DNA of 64,000 bases from the human T2T-CHM13v2.0 reference genome, Homo sapiens: the NCBI RefSeq assembly GCF_009914755.1, contig NC_060930.1. One strand, 5' to 3'. Both the position numbers and the translations under genes were made by a program. Position 1 is the first letter of the stretch. Every line of letters begins with the position of its first letter. Of this stretch, positions 40,924 through 52,181 are shown in pieces. Under the pieces are notes generated by a model. The model was not told the DNA's origin. It ran no database searches and saw only the letters and a list, made by a program, of their open reading frames with translations.

Positions 40924-41010
40924 CAGCTGTTCCCAACAGCTGGGGGGCGGCGGCGCCCGGCGCCCCAGGTGCTGCCGCGGCCAATCGCAGGCGTCCGGCC
41001 CGCCCCCCTC
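40924..41010 (+). promoter_or_regulatory. E-box cluster + CCAAT + GC box
   Basis: CAGCTG 40924-40929, CAGCTG 40937-40942, CAGGTG 40966-40971, CCAAT 40981-40985, then CCGCCC. Confidence 0.55.
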
Positions 41011-41644
41011 CCCAGCCGGGCGTCGACCCCCGGCCCGCGGGGGAAGGGAGCAGAGAGGTGGAGAGCTGTCCTCGGCACTCGTCTTCCAGATCCCACGGCG
41101 GGAGGGACAGACCAGAGCCGAAGCTGCGCGGAGTTCCTCGCCCCTGGCCCCGCCGCCGCGCCCCCCGCCCGCTTCGGCGCTCGGACGCTCTTCCCGCGGA
41201 CCCTCCCCACACCCCACCCAAGGCACCTGATTCCTAAGGAAGAAAAATCTACCTCTAAAGCACCCGCTTCTTCGCTTGAGAACTACCCTCTCTTTTCATT
41301 TTTGGCCTCCCCGCCGGGTGAGTGGAAACCGCTTGCACATTCTATAGAACCCGATTCTAATCCAGACGATCCGGAGAATTTGTACGGTGACCGGCAGGGG
41401 GGGCGGGAGGAGAGAGCGAAGTCAAGTCTCCAGGGCCGCTGGCGACTTCGGAAGCCGCGCGCCCGGCGCTCTCGGCCGCCCCCGGCCGCTCGCCCCCGCC
41501 GCGCCGCCGCCCTCGCCCCCGGGCTCGCCCTTGGCCCCCGGCGGCCGCGAAAGGGTGCGGGAGACGCGGAGCCGGAGGAGGAGGCGCAGCCGCTGCCCGA
41601 GCCGCAGCCGCAGCCGGAGCCCGAGCCGCGGGGCGGGTGCGAAG

Positions 41645-41812
41645 ATGCACACGACCCAGAAGGACACGACGTACACCAAGATCTTCGTCGGGGGGCTGCC
41701 CTACCACACCACCGACGCCAGCCTGCGCAAGTACTTCGAGGTCTTCGGCGAGATCGAGGAGGCGGTGGTCATCACCGACCGGCAGACGGGCAAGTCCCGG
41801 GGCTATGGATTT
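41645..41812 (+). CDS. RBM24: RNA-binding motif protein 24, coding exon 1 (aa 1-56; RNP2 IFVGGL and first part of RNP1 RGYGF)
   Basis: ATG at 41645 (gaagATGc) translates [20 protein letters not shown]...KSRGYGF; 168 nt, donor TTT|GTAAGT at 41813. Confidence 0.98.
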
Positions 41813-42864
41813 GTAAGTTGCACGGACTGGGGGTGACGGGGAGGGACGGAGTGGCGGCTGACCCCGGGGATCGGGAGCTTGGAGTGAGGGGCTCGGCGTG
41901 ACCCGTGAGGAGCCCCGCGGGTAGAGCGGCGCTGCCCCTTCGCTCCGGGGTGAACTGAAACTTTGCTAGGGGAGAGGGTCGGCGCCAGCCTCGCGGGGTT
42001 CGGAGAAGACCCAGCGCTGTGCGAGGTCGGGGGCCGGGCAGGGCAGAGCAGGGGTGAAAGGAGAGACCTGTAATGACGGCGGGATTTGGGGTGCGGAGGG
42101 TTGCGAGGGAGGGGCCGCAACCCTGAACAATTGCATTCCCGGGCTGGATGCCGGTTGTTAAGCGCGCTGTTGCTTTGTAAAAATGCGTGTGTTCTGGTGT
42201 TTTGGCTGGGGCAGGGAGGGGACACCCCACGAGGTCTGGGGCTGTTCCCCTTGTGTCATCCCCCCGCCTTTTAACTGCAAAGGTAGGTTCTTTTAAATCA
42301 TGATCCTAGGGCTCTTTGCCGAACTGAAACAGAGCATATTAAGCTTCCTTCCTAGAGATTTAAGCGTGCAAATTCAGCTGCCGAAGAGCAGGGAGCCCCA
42401 GAGTAGGACAATAGCTATTGTCGTTGGGGAGTGTTTTCGAGGTTGGGAGCGTTGGGCGGATGTAAGGCTGGACTTTCTTTAAAGCAAACGGTGCCTCTGA
42501 GGCTGAGTAGGGACCTGGGGGGCGGGGGATTCGGGGGAAGGAGGATCTAGAGTTCCAAGAATTTAGGCTTCCAAATCTCGGCTAGGCCCTACTAACACCC
42601 TTAAGATTTCGGCGGTGGGGTGGGGGGAGGCAGGGTTAGAGGGTTTCTTTCTTTTTTCCTTCGTCTACCCGCCCCCCCCCACGCCCCCGCCCGCCTGTTA
42701 AAAATGGGAGATCAAGGAGGAGGGTCCAGCCAAAAGAAGCAAAGAATAGAAAAAAAGTTTGATCTCAGTTTTATCATGAATGACTTCTCCATTGTGATTC
42801 TTGATTTCCTTCATGGGTTAATTTAGAGGTTATGTATGTATGTCTGTGTGTGTCTGTTGCTAAG

Positions 42865-42988
42865 GTCACCATGGCTGACCGGGCTGCTGCCGAAAGGGCC
42901 TGCAAGGATCCCAATCCCATCATTGATGGCAGAAAGGCCAACGTGAACCTGGCATACTTAGGAGCAAAACCAAGGATCATGCAACCAG
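42865..42988 (+). CDS. RBM24: RBM24 coding exon 2 ([42 protein letters not shown])
   Basis: Acceptor ctaag|GTC, donor CAG|gtgag; 124 nt; completes the RRM in frame with exon 1. Confidence 0.97.
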
Positions 42989-43480
42989 GTGAGAAATGTC
43001 TGTCTCCCCTACCCCCCTCTCCAAGAACCCCCCATTTATGGGTGGGATGATTCTCTAATTTAGAAGACATTGTCTCTTTCTGTAGATGTGTTTAGTAAAC
43101 TTGAACCATGGCTTGTTATTCTACCAAGGCATTAAACATAAATGAGAGTGGTAAATACTCCTCTCAAGGCTTGAAATGTACCTGTGTGCAAAAATGGATC
43201 TTGGGGGTCGTGCAGGAAGAAGAGTTAGTCATGTCTCACCTGTTTCCTATATGGCATACATTTGTAGTCTGCTCTCAATTTTCCAATTTTTAGCCACCTG
43301 TAGATAATTCACATGTGGATTATATAGGCCAAATTTGTCGACTTCAGCTAATATACTTCCCTACTTAGTGGTGTCTCTCCTTTTAGCACCAGTTGCACTG
43401 TGCTCAGAGCAGGCAGTCTGACTTGAACACAGACCCAAGGGAAGCATTAAGGGGTAGGGGCGATGTCCAAATGGTAAAGG

Positions 43481-43776
43481 TTTTGTTTTTTTTTGAGATG
43501 GAGTTTCGTTCTTGTTGCCCAGGCTGGAGTGCAATGACGCGATCTAGGCTCACTGCAACCTCCGCCTCCTGGGTTCAAGTGATTGTCCTGCCTCAGCCTC
43601 CCAAGTAGCTGGGATTACAGGAATGTGTCACCACACCCAGCTAATTTTGTATTTTTAGTAGAGACGGGGTTTCACTGTGTTGGTCAGGCTGGTCTTGAAC
43701 TCCTGACCTCAGGTGATCTACCCGCCTTGGCCTCCTAAAGTGCTGGGATTACAGGCGTGAGCCACCGCGCCTGGCC
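43481..43776 (-). mobile_element. AluS in RBM24 intron 2 (antisense)
   Basis: TSD aaatggtaaa. Confidence 0.94.
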
Positions 43777-44716
43777 CAAAATGGTAAACCTTCAACATAA
43801 AATCACAGAGTATTAGCAATCAAAGAAAACAGAAATTGCACCTACTCAAGAACCCTATGCTACAGACAAAGAAACTGATGCTTAGAGATGAGAAATATTT
43901 TACTTAAGTCATGTAGCTATTAGTTGCCAAAAGGGAGCAGTTTTTTGTCTATGGGAAAACAATACCTCTTGGATTATTTACAACACTGCCCTTTGCATTA
44001 GCACAAATAGTTGAGAGTTGATTTTTAAGCAAATATAATATTTTCTTTGGTCAGGCAACTTTACTTGTAAAGTTTGATTAAATCATATACTCTTCACTCC
44101 TAAGCCTTTCCATCTGAAATTTTGGGAAGAGGTTGACACTTCCATCCAAACGGGTTTAAAAGGAAACTAGGTTGTCAAGAAAATGAGTGTTTGTGCAAAT
44201 ATTCATGGGCGTTAAAAAAATTTGTCTAATACATTGTGGGTATGTAGTATCCAGAAAAAAAACATTTTTTTTTGTGAATTTTTAATACTGGAAAGTGTAA
44301 AACCCATAATCTTCCAAAGCATTGTCTGAAGCATCCCAGAACGTTCCAAATTACAAAGACTTTTCATAGATTCTGGTTCAAAACTGTGAGAATATTTGAG
44401 ATGTAACTTCACTGTCAAATCCTGCTGTACTTAATTTTATTTCATGAACATTTTCCCAAGGTCTGATTCTGTGTCTGTCAACTAAAATTTGCAGATTTTT
44501 TTAAAGTTTTCACCTTTTCTCTGTTAAAACCTTTATTTTGAATCAATGATAGCATTTATAAAACTGACTTTAAAAAATATACATACATGTAGTTTCTTTA
44601 AAGTGGCGAAAGAATGTTTATCTTTTATAAGTGAAAGTTGTGATTGCATTTTACATGTAGGAATAATAAATGCCTAACCATGCACAAATAAAGAATGTGG
44701 TATATTTTGTTGTTAG

Positions 44717-44771
44717 GTTTTGCCTTTGGTGTTCAACAACTTCATCCAGCCCTTATACAAAGACCTTTCGG
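44717..44771 (+). CDS. RBM24: RBM24 coding exon 3 (G-FAFGVQQLHPALIQRPF-G)
   Basis: Acceptor ttgttag|GT, donor CGG|gtaagt; 55 nt; phases match exon 2 (phase 1) and exon 4 (phase 2). Confidence 0.95.
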
Positions 44772-47581
44772 GTAAGTTGATTAATCAGGCTTTCTTAAGT
44801 TTCAGTATGACTATCATTTGTTAACGTGCCTCTTTGTTATATACAGATAAGATCATGATGTCACAGAATGGTCCTAGTTATACAATTTTATATATATTTG
44901 TGCATTTTTAATGCTGATACTATAAATATTTTTAGATGAGTCAAGTTATCTGACCAAGTATGCAGCCTCCAAACGAGACAAATTTTGAGCTTATGATTAG
45001 CAAAACAAAACAAAAATACCAGGTATGACTTGTGTACAAGACGATTGTGTCCCATCACCATTACTACTGTTCGACTTGACTCAATTTTATTTATCTCTTT
45101 CTAACCTGACAGGGCTCGTATACAGTTAAGCTAACTGATCAGAAGGATACCATGATAAGAGGTGGAATAGTTCTGTTTGGAATTAAACTCTGTAACCAGT
45201 AGACTCAGACACACAAGCTCAGATGGTGATTAACGATGCATGGATGTTGGTGTTGTTGTTTTTATTTTTCACAATAGTCAATAGCCCTTCGTGTGCTTTA
45301 TTTTATTTATTACAGTAATGAAGTGGTGTTGATAGCTAAACTGTGTGCTTTTTACTTAATTGAAAAGAGCTGTAGTGAAAGTGTTTTCTTTTCCTCGGGG
45401 AAGGGGCTCTTTGCGTTTTGATTTTGGTGGTGGTGTTGAGGGGTGTTGACTTTTGACTTTGCCATGGGAAGCAAAGGGCCTTTTTTTTTTTCTTGCTTTT
45501 AAGCTGTAGCCTGTGACTTCCATTTAACCACATTTTTGTAGTGAGTGCTAAATTGTGTGATTTCTCTTTGTCAGAATACAGATTCATTGCTTGCATGTCC
45601 TAAGTTTCTGTTTTATGGGAAATTTTCTGGGAATGGGGTTCTTTCTTTTGCAATGTGTATCCACTTTTAGGCCATCTAATTTAAAGGTTCAACAACTCTC
45701 ATCAGATTTTATTAACACAAGCCAGTTTTTTTGAGTAGCGTCACACTAACTTTCACCTTTCAGATCTAACTCAGGTGAACACCTGTTCATATTTATGTTG
45801 TCTTTGGGTCCTGTGATTACCAGTTTTCCTGTTCCAAGGTCCTCATTTCTCTTCCTTTCAGAGGTTATATGGGTGGGAGATCACCCCTCGCCTCAATTTA
45901 TCCTGGACACTAGATTCTGTTTTGGCTCTGTTCTACCTGATCAACATGCCTGTAACTCTAACGCAGGATACTTAAATTTTCTTTTTAAATGTTCATGTTG
46001 TTGAAAGAGTGTTTTATCCTCAATAATAATTTCTCCTCTAGCTTAGGACCTAAAACATCTACCTGTGTAACCTGGAAGGCTGGAATCTGTCTACATAGAT
46101 AGATGTCTACCATATGTGTCTCTAAGAATAGATTTTAAAAAGAAAGTAATAATAACTTGACTTGGAAGAGTAAAGTTATATTTCCCATGACCACCTCCTT
46201 ACAACTCTAACATATCGGTACCTCACTGTTATTGCCAACTACTACTATTTTTTTTTTTTTTTTTTTTAGCTGTGGAAGAGTCTTCTGTTCAATATGATCA
46301 GAAAGGGCCTTCCTATATCCATAGCTACTTAGCAAATCCCCATCCAAGCCAACCCAAATACTGAAAACAAGTGGTGGGTTGATGGGTTCAGCTATTTCTG
46401 TGGGTAATTCATTTAGACTTAACTGTTTAAGGTGGGATTAGGGAGGAGAGCATATATCTGAAGGTGTGATGTGAGCTTAGTGGTGGGCTCACACTAATAA
46501 TCTTGAAACAGTTATAAAATTGAATCAATCAACAGGTAGTTGCATGTGTTTATTTTTTCACTGTGCCAGTGGGTGATGCAAAATGAGGGAATTGCACATT
46601 AGTTTGGGAAGCAAAAGTCATGCAAAAACCAGTCAAGAATTATTAATTTCTAAGTGACTTGGTATTGTTTCAAGTACAAAAGGAATTCAGAGTAGCAAGA
46701 AAATAGATGAAGTGGAGGAGTTGAATAAGGCTGTGGTGTGCATGGCAGGTAGACTGGCACTAGACTTGCACCACTGGGTATGTCTTAGGCAGGTAAAAGG
46801 AAGACTGGATATGTCTGGAGGGTATAGGATGGAGTGAGCCGAAGCAGAGGCATAGAGGAGAAGACTCAGTGCGTGGAGAAACCAGACTGTCTAAGGTGGG
46901 TCTTGAGAGCTGGGCATAGGAATTTGGACTGATTGTGGAAGTCCTTATAGATCAGTTCTTAAGAAAGAAGGTAACACAAGGAAAATTACAACCACCAGTG
47001 TAAGATGTGTCATGGAAATTTGAAAGCAAGTGTGTTTTGATAGCAACCTTTTGTTTTTCACCTCTTCTAATATTAACTGTCTTTATAAAGGATGGTGATT
47101 ATTAGTGTGTGCATAAATTGTTTGAACTTGAGATTCTTATTAGAAATAGATAGCATTCCAGGTGGACCAAGTGAGCTTTCTCTTTCTTTTTTAAGAGGTT
47201 CTCAACACTGCTCTAATTTCAGAGTCTGTACCTAACAAATCACACCTGGTCATCCTAAATTCTGTTTGAATGCTACATGTTCCTATTTTAGGCCTGGAAA
47301 GAAACTTGAGAATTTCAAATTTGACTTGACTTACTTGAAATTCTAGTAACTGAACTGTTCCTTTGAATGTGGTCCTTAAATGGCCCCCAGGTGACTTTGG
47401 GCCTCTGTAGACAAAACCTTGGCCTAAAAGGAATTTCTGATGTAGCACAGTGGGCAGATGTAGAAAAACTTATAAACTTGCTAAACAATATTTTATAGTT
47501 TATGGTTGAAAGAAGCATTTCCTTATTGAAACCTTGGAAAGGGGAGGCTACAGATCTGTGAGTAGAAATTTCTGGGCTAGT

Positions 47582-47905
<324 letters not shown>

Positions 47906-48079
47906 TTAGATGAGGTTGAACATACACTTAAACATTGACTCAGTACCCCTTTAAGTGCTCAGTTTTATGCTGGGTGTGGTAACACTGTGCTTAGTTTTTA
48001 TAGTGTCCACTAAGGAGGGCAGGAGGGGCTGTAACTAACACTAACCAAACATCTGCCATATGGATTGTAATGATAAGGG

Positions 48080-49120
48080 ATTTACATAAATTACATAATT
48101 TAATTCTCACAGTAAGTGTTTGTTGAAGGCATTGTTAATATCTTTTCCAAAACTAAGACACAGAGAGGTTAATTAACTTCCCCCTGATCACAGGACTGCT
48201 AAGTGTTAGAGGCTGAGTCTAGATTCAGAATCATGGTCTGCCTGACCTCAGAAGCTGCAGTCTTTCCTCTTTGTCAAGCTGTAGCCCCAAAAGACAAAAC
48301 TCTATTCTCTCATAATCCAGTAAGAAAGCCGATAAGCACCAAGAAGGGCTGTCCATGTGGCTTCAGATAAGAGAGACGAACATCAGGACAATGAGTGGGA
48401 TTCAGAAGTCTTCGTGAAGGAAGTAGAAGTTGACCTAGGTTTTAAAGAATGGTGGAGGGTAGGGAACTCTTTTATTGAGTGCCTACTATATTTGGCATTG
48501 TAGACTCTCTCCACAGATAATTTTATTTAATGCACAGCAATCCAGGGTTGTGAGATTATTAGTCCATTTCACATATGCAAAATAGGAGGCTATGTTAAGA
48601 CAACAAAGCATAAAAAAAGAAACATATGAGACTAAACGATAAAGCAAATTTCTGAAACCTCTACACGTAGTGAGTGCTAGAGCTAGGGTGAGTGGGATTT
48701 GGATTTCAGCAGGTAGAGACAGTGTGAGGATTAGCATCTGGGTGAGGGATGAATGACATGAATAAAGGGCAAGAATCTGGGAATGTGAAGCTTGTCCAGG
48801 AAACATAAAGGAGCCCAGTTGACCTGGGTTTGAGGAAAGGTGGAAGGAAATACTAGAAAGGTGTTTTGGAGCCAGGGGCAGTCTGGATGTTTTGGCCTAG
48901 AATGCCAAGGCTTAAGAAATTTGCACTGAGTTTGGTTTTTTAGGGGCCAAGGATTACTTTGAGCAAATGAATGAGATGGAGTATTTGTCATCAGTTGCTG
49001 TGAGATAGATTGGAAAAAGAAACCGATTAGGATATTGCTTCAAAACCAGTTAGGATGTTGCTTTAAAAGTCACATAGAGATGTCAGTGGAACCTGAAGAG
49101 ATGGGAAGAAAAGGAAAATG
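48080..49120. mobile_element. MIR/L2 remnants in intron 3
   Basis: aaactaagacacagagaggttaa, tttattgagtgcctactat, tttgagcaaatgaatgagatg motifs. Confidence 0.5.
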
Positions 49121-51817
49121 TAGTAAATTTTCTTTGAAAATTACCAAAAGTGTCTTCTTTGCACTTGTGCTTTTTGTAACTGCTAGGCATGCACGTTTTA
49201 TGGTTAAGGAAACGACATTGGTAAATGTCTAATAGGAGGGAGATTCCCAGATCACCTTAATGGGTCTCAGACTATTAAAAAGAACTCCTAATTCAGGATT
49301 TCATTCCAAAGTGCCACTTGAACCTTCAGTCCAATTCTGCCTTCCTTCCTGACCCAGGATATTTTAGGCTCTCCGAGGTCTTTCGGGTTCTCCTTTTCCC
49401 TCTAAGCCTTAAAATGTTCTAGGTTTTCATTTGCCTTCCAGACGTCTCTTTAACCTTTGCCAAACTTCATGTAGGAGTCTGATAATCCAGTGAACTTTCT
49501 TTATATTCTCATTGTTTGACATTGTGAAATCAAAACTATTTCCTAATGCAAAGTAAATGCAGAGCTAAAGCCCCCTAAGCAACCTTGCCTGTCTTTTAAT
49601 GCATTCTTCACAACACTTTCTCCTTTTTGTAGGATAAACATTTTCACTTAACACCTTAATTCAGAGATACCAACCTAGCACCCACAGTGTTGTTCTTGGA
49701 ACTTTGAGAGTACAAGGGGTTAAGGTTTCGGTGTCAGTGAGATCCGCACTGGCTGGCCTTTGCAGCTGATAGATGTTTTACTTTGGCCTTATAAAGACAT
49801 TTTACCCGCTGGAAACCCTTGTCGCATGACAGGATCAAAAATAGCCCGGCTGCAGCCCCTGCTGTCCATCACCACATGTAAACTGGCATAAGAGTAGGCT
49901 CTCTTAGCCGTGTCTACACGTTGTAGACACGGCAGCCTCCAGGGACAGTGTTTCATAAAGCCACACCTGTTGTTGCGAGTGAGCCAGTCACCTGACCTGC
50001 AGCAAAGTTCTGAGTGTGTGCATGACCACGCGCCTGGTTTCTGACAAGCAGTTAAGAACATCTCTGAGTGTCCTCAGAAACACTTGATGACGTCGTTTCT
50101 CCTGGCACTGGGAAACATCTACAAGTCTGGTAAAATTGAGTGTATTTTTATCATTGGGGCCAAAGTCCACTACCCTCTGAGATAAATTCATCTTTTCCAT
50201 GGATGTTCGTTAATGAGTGCTTTCAGTAAAACTCTGAAAAGGCAAAGCAAAATCTATGTTTCTGAAAAATCTACAAGTGCTGTTTTCTGTTTTTGAGTTC
50301 TTTGAAATTGAAAGGTTGTTACTTGTCCTTGTACTTCTTACAAGTTGGCTTTGCCAGCAACCACATAGTATTATAGTGTCATGTTTTTAGATATAAATAT
50401 AGGGGGCTTTAATGGAGATTATTTTAAAGAAGAAGATAAATCAGATATTCATGGTAGTGTTTCAGATGGGCAGTAATAAATTGCAAGAGTGAGAATGGAG
50501 ATGCATGGAATTTTTGTTTAAATACCTCTTGTGATTTATTTTTTTAACCACATTAACTTTTAAGTAACGTCATTGGAGTCTGTCTTGTATTATCTGTGAA
50601 TGTATAATTTTAAAAGATACTTGGTTTTGTTTGACTTTCTTGAACTTTTGCAGGATAACACATGATTATACAATTGATATGATTTGTACAAAATATCAAC
50701 GAATAGGGCAGATTTCGAACATAACACTAACGTATTTCTGCTAATTTGGAGGATGAAACAAGAGTTAGTAGATGTGCAAAAAAAGTTTCCTTGTTATGTA
50801 AACCTTTTAAATTTCTATTAATTTTAGAAATATTTAGTTGTACTTCCCTGTCCTGCCTTTTCCCTCAACCTCATCATTTCCCCAAAACCCCTTCTGTCTG
50901 TCTTGCATAGAGATAAACAAGCTGGCTGACCCTCAGGTGCCTGATAGTCAAACAGGTTTGGTTGACCGTTGTGTCCTTATGAATTTTATGGGGGAAAAAA
51001 AAGAGAAAGAAAGAAAATAAGTGTGCTGCACATCTCTTTGGGAATCACTGCCATGAATGTTAATAGCATTTTTGTAGCTTCCCACGACAGCCTCTTGTGA
51101 CAGAGTGAGCTGCACTACAGTTCGTTTGAGAAGTGTGATTCTGCTGTGTTTACCACACTTGTGAACTTTTAAACTCCTTTTTCTTATTTTGTCGCCTGCT
51201 TCCTTTTTTAATTATTATTTTTAATAAGGGTGACTGAGGTTGCAGAGAGATTAATGTGTGCTGAGTCTGCATAGCAATTTCAAGTAGGGTTGCCATGATA
51301 ATAAACATACGGATTTTGTTAACGTTTATGTTAATTTCGACAAACTGGTGATCACCCCACAGAAGTGAATAATTATGGACTACCTTTTGAGTCCTATATT
51401 CTTGGCTAAGAATTTTTCTATTTACTTAATTAAACATTCTTATTTTATGAACTCATTACAAAATTTTCCAAAGTCTTCATCAATTGAGCACTTGTTAAAC
51501 CTCTCTTACGTGTGTAGCCCTCATGAATCTTGATTTATTTTCCAAACTCTTGATAAACTGTACTTAGCAGCTCCAAATAATCATACATGACAATTCTAGC
51601 AGGGAGGGTGTCATCATATTTTTGGGGTCCAGTTCTTCTGGGGGCACTCTATGACTTTGGCTACTGCCTGAGTATTCTCAATGGACCACTAGAAAGTAGA
51701 TATTGTGGCAACCCTATGCTCATAATAACCACTAAATTTGAGTTTGTTTTATCTTTGAACAACATGCTACAGTTAGGAGGTGACTACCGCCTGACTTTGT
51801 TTTCCATTTCTCAACAG

Positions 51818-52181
51818 GATACCTGCCCACTATGTCTATCCGCAGGCTTTTGTGCAGCCGGGAGTGGTCATTCCACACGTCCAGCCGACAGCAGCTGCCG
51901 CCTCCACCACCCCTTACATTGATTACACTGGAGCTGCATACGCACAATACTCAGCAGCTGCTGCTGCTGCCGCCGCCGCTGCTGCCTATGACCAGTACCC
52001 CTATGCAGCCTCTCCAGCTGCTGCAGGATATGTTACTGCTGGGGGCTATGGCTACGCAGTCCAGCAGCCAATCACCGCAGCGGCACCTGGGACAGCTGCC
52101 GCCGCCGCTGCAGCAGCTGCTGCCGCTGCAGCATTTGGCCAGTACCAGCCTCAGCAGCTGCAGACAGACCGAATGCAATAG
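51818..52181 (+). CDS. RBM24: RBM24 coding exon 4 ([15 protein letters not shown]...QLQTDRMQ*)
   Basis: Acceptor tttctcaacag|GATA; TAG at 52179-52181; total CDS 168+124+55+364=711 nt = 236 aa + stop. Confidence 0.97.
51954..51986 (+). repeat. Coding (GCN)11 polyalanine tract 1
   Basis: gca gct gct gct gct gcc gcc gcc gct gct gcc. Confidence 0.97.
52095..52133 (+). repeat. Coding (GCN)13 polyalanine tract 2
   Basis: gct gcc gcc gcc gct gca gca gct gct gcc gct gca gca. Confidence 0.97.

Larger units (their letters stand above)
40500..42200. promoter_or_regulatory. CpG island / RBM24 promoter, 5' UTR and start of intron 1
   Basis: Very high GC and CpG density compared with the rest of the window; GC boxes; CCAAT at 40981 (+) and 40612 (-). 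Confidence 0.92.

Noticed and set aside
40969-41901. 310-aa ORF and other long ORFs on both strands across the CpG island
   Set aside because: The 310-aa ORF starts at GTG, is out of frame with RBM24, and is Pro/Arg/Ala-rich as expected from stop-poor GC-rich DNA; no recognisable domain in any of them
42825-42864. Upstream AG (tttagag|GTT ATG) that would insert 12 aa and give RNP1 = RGYGFVMY
   Set aside because: GAG acceptors are rare, and the preceding TAG would compete and is out of frame; unsupported without junction reads
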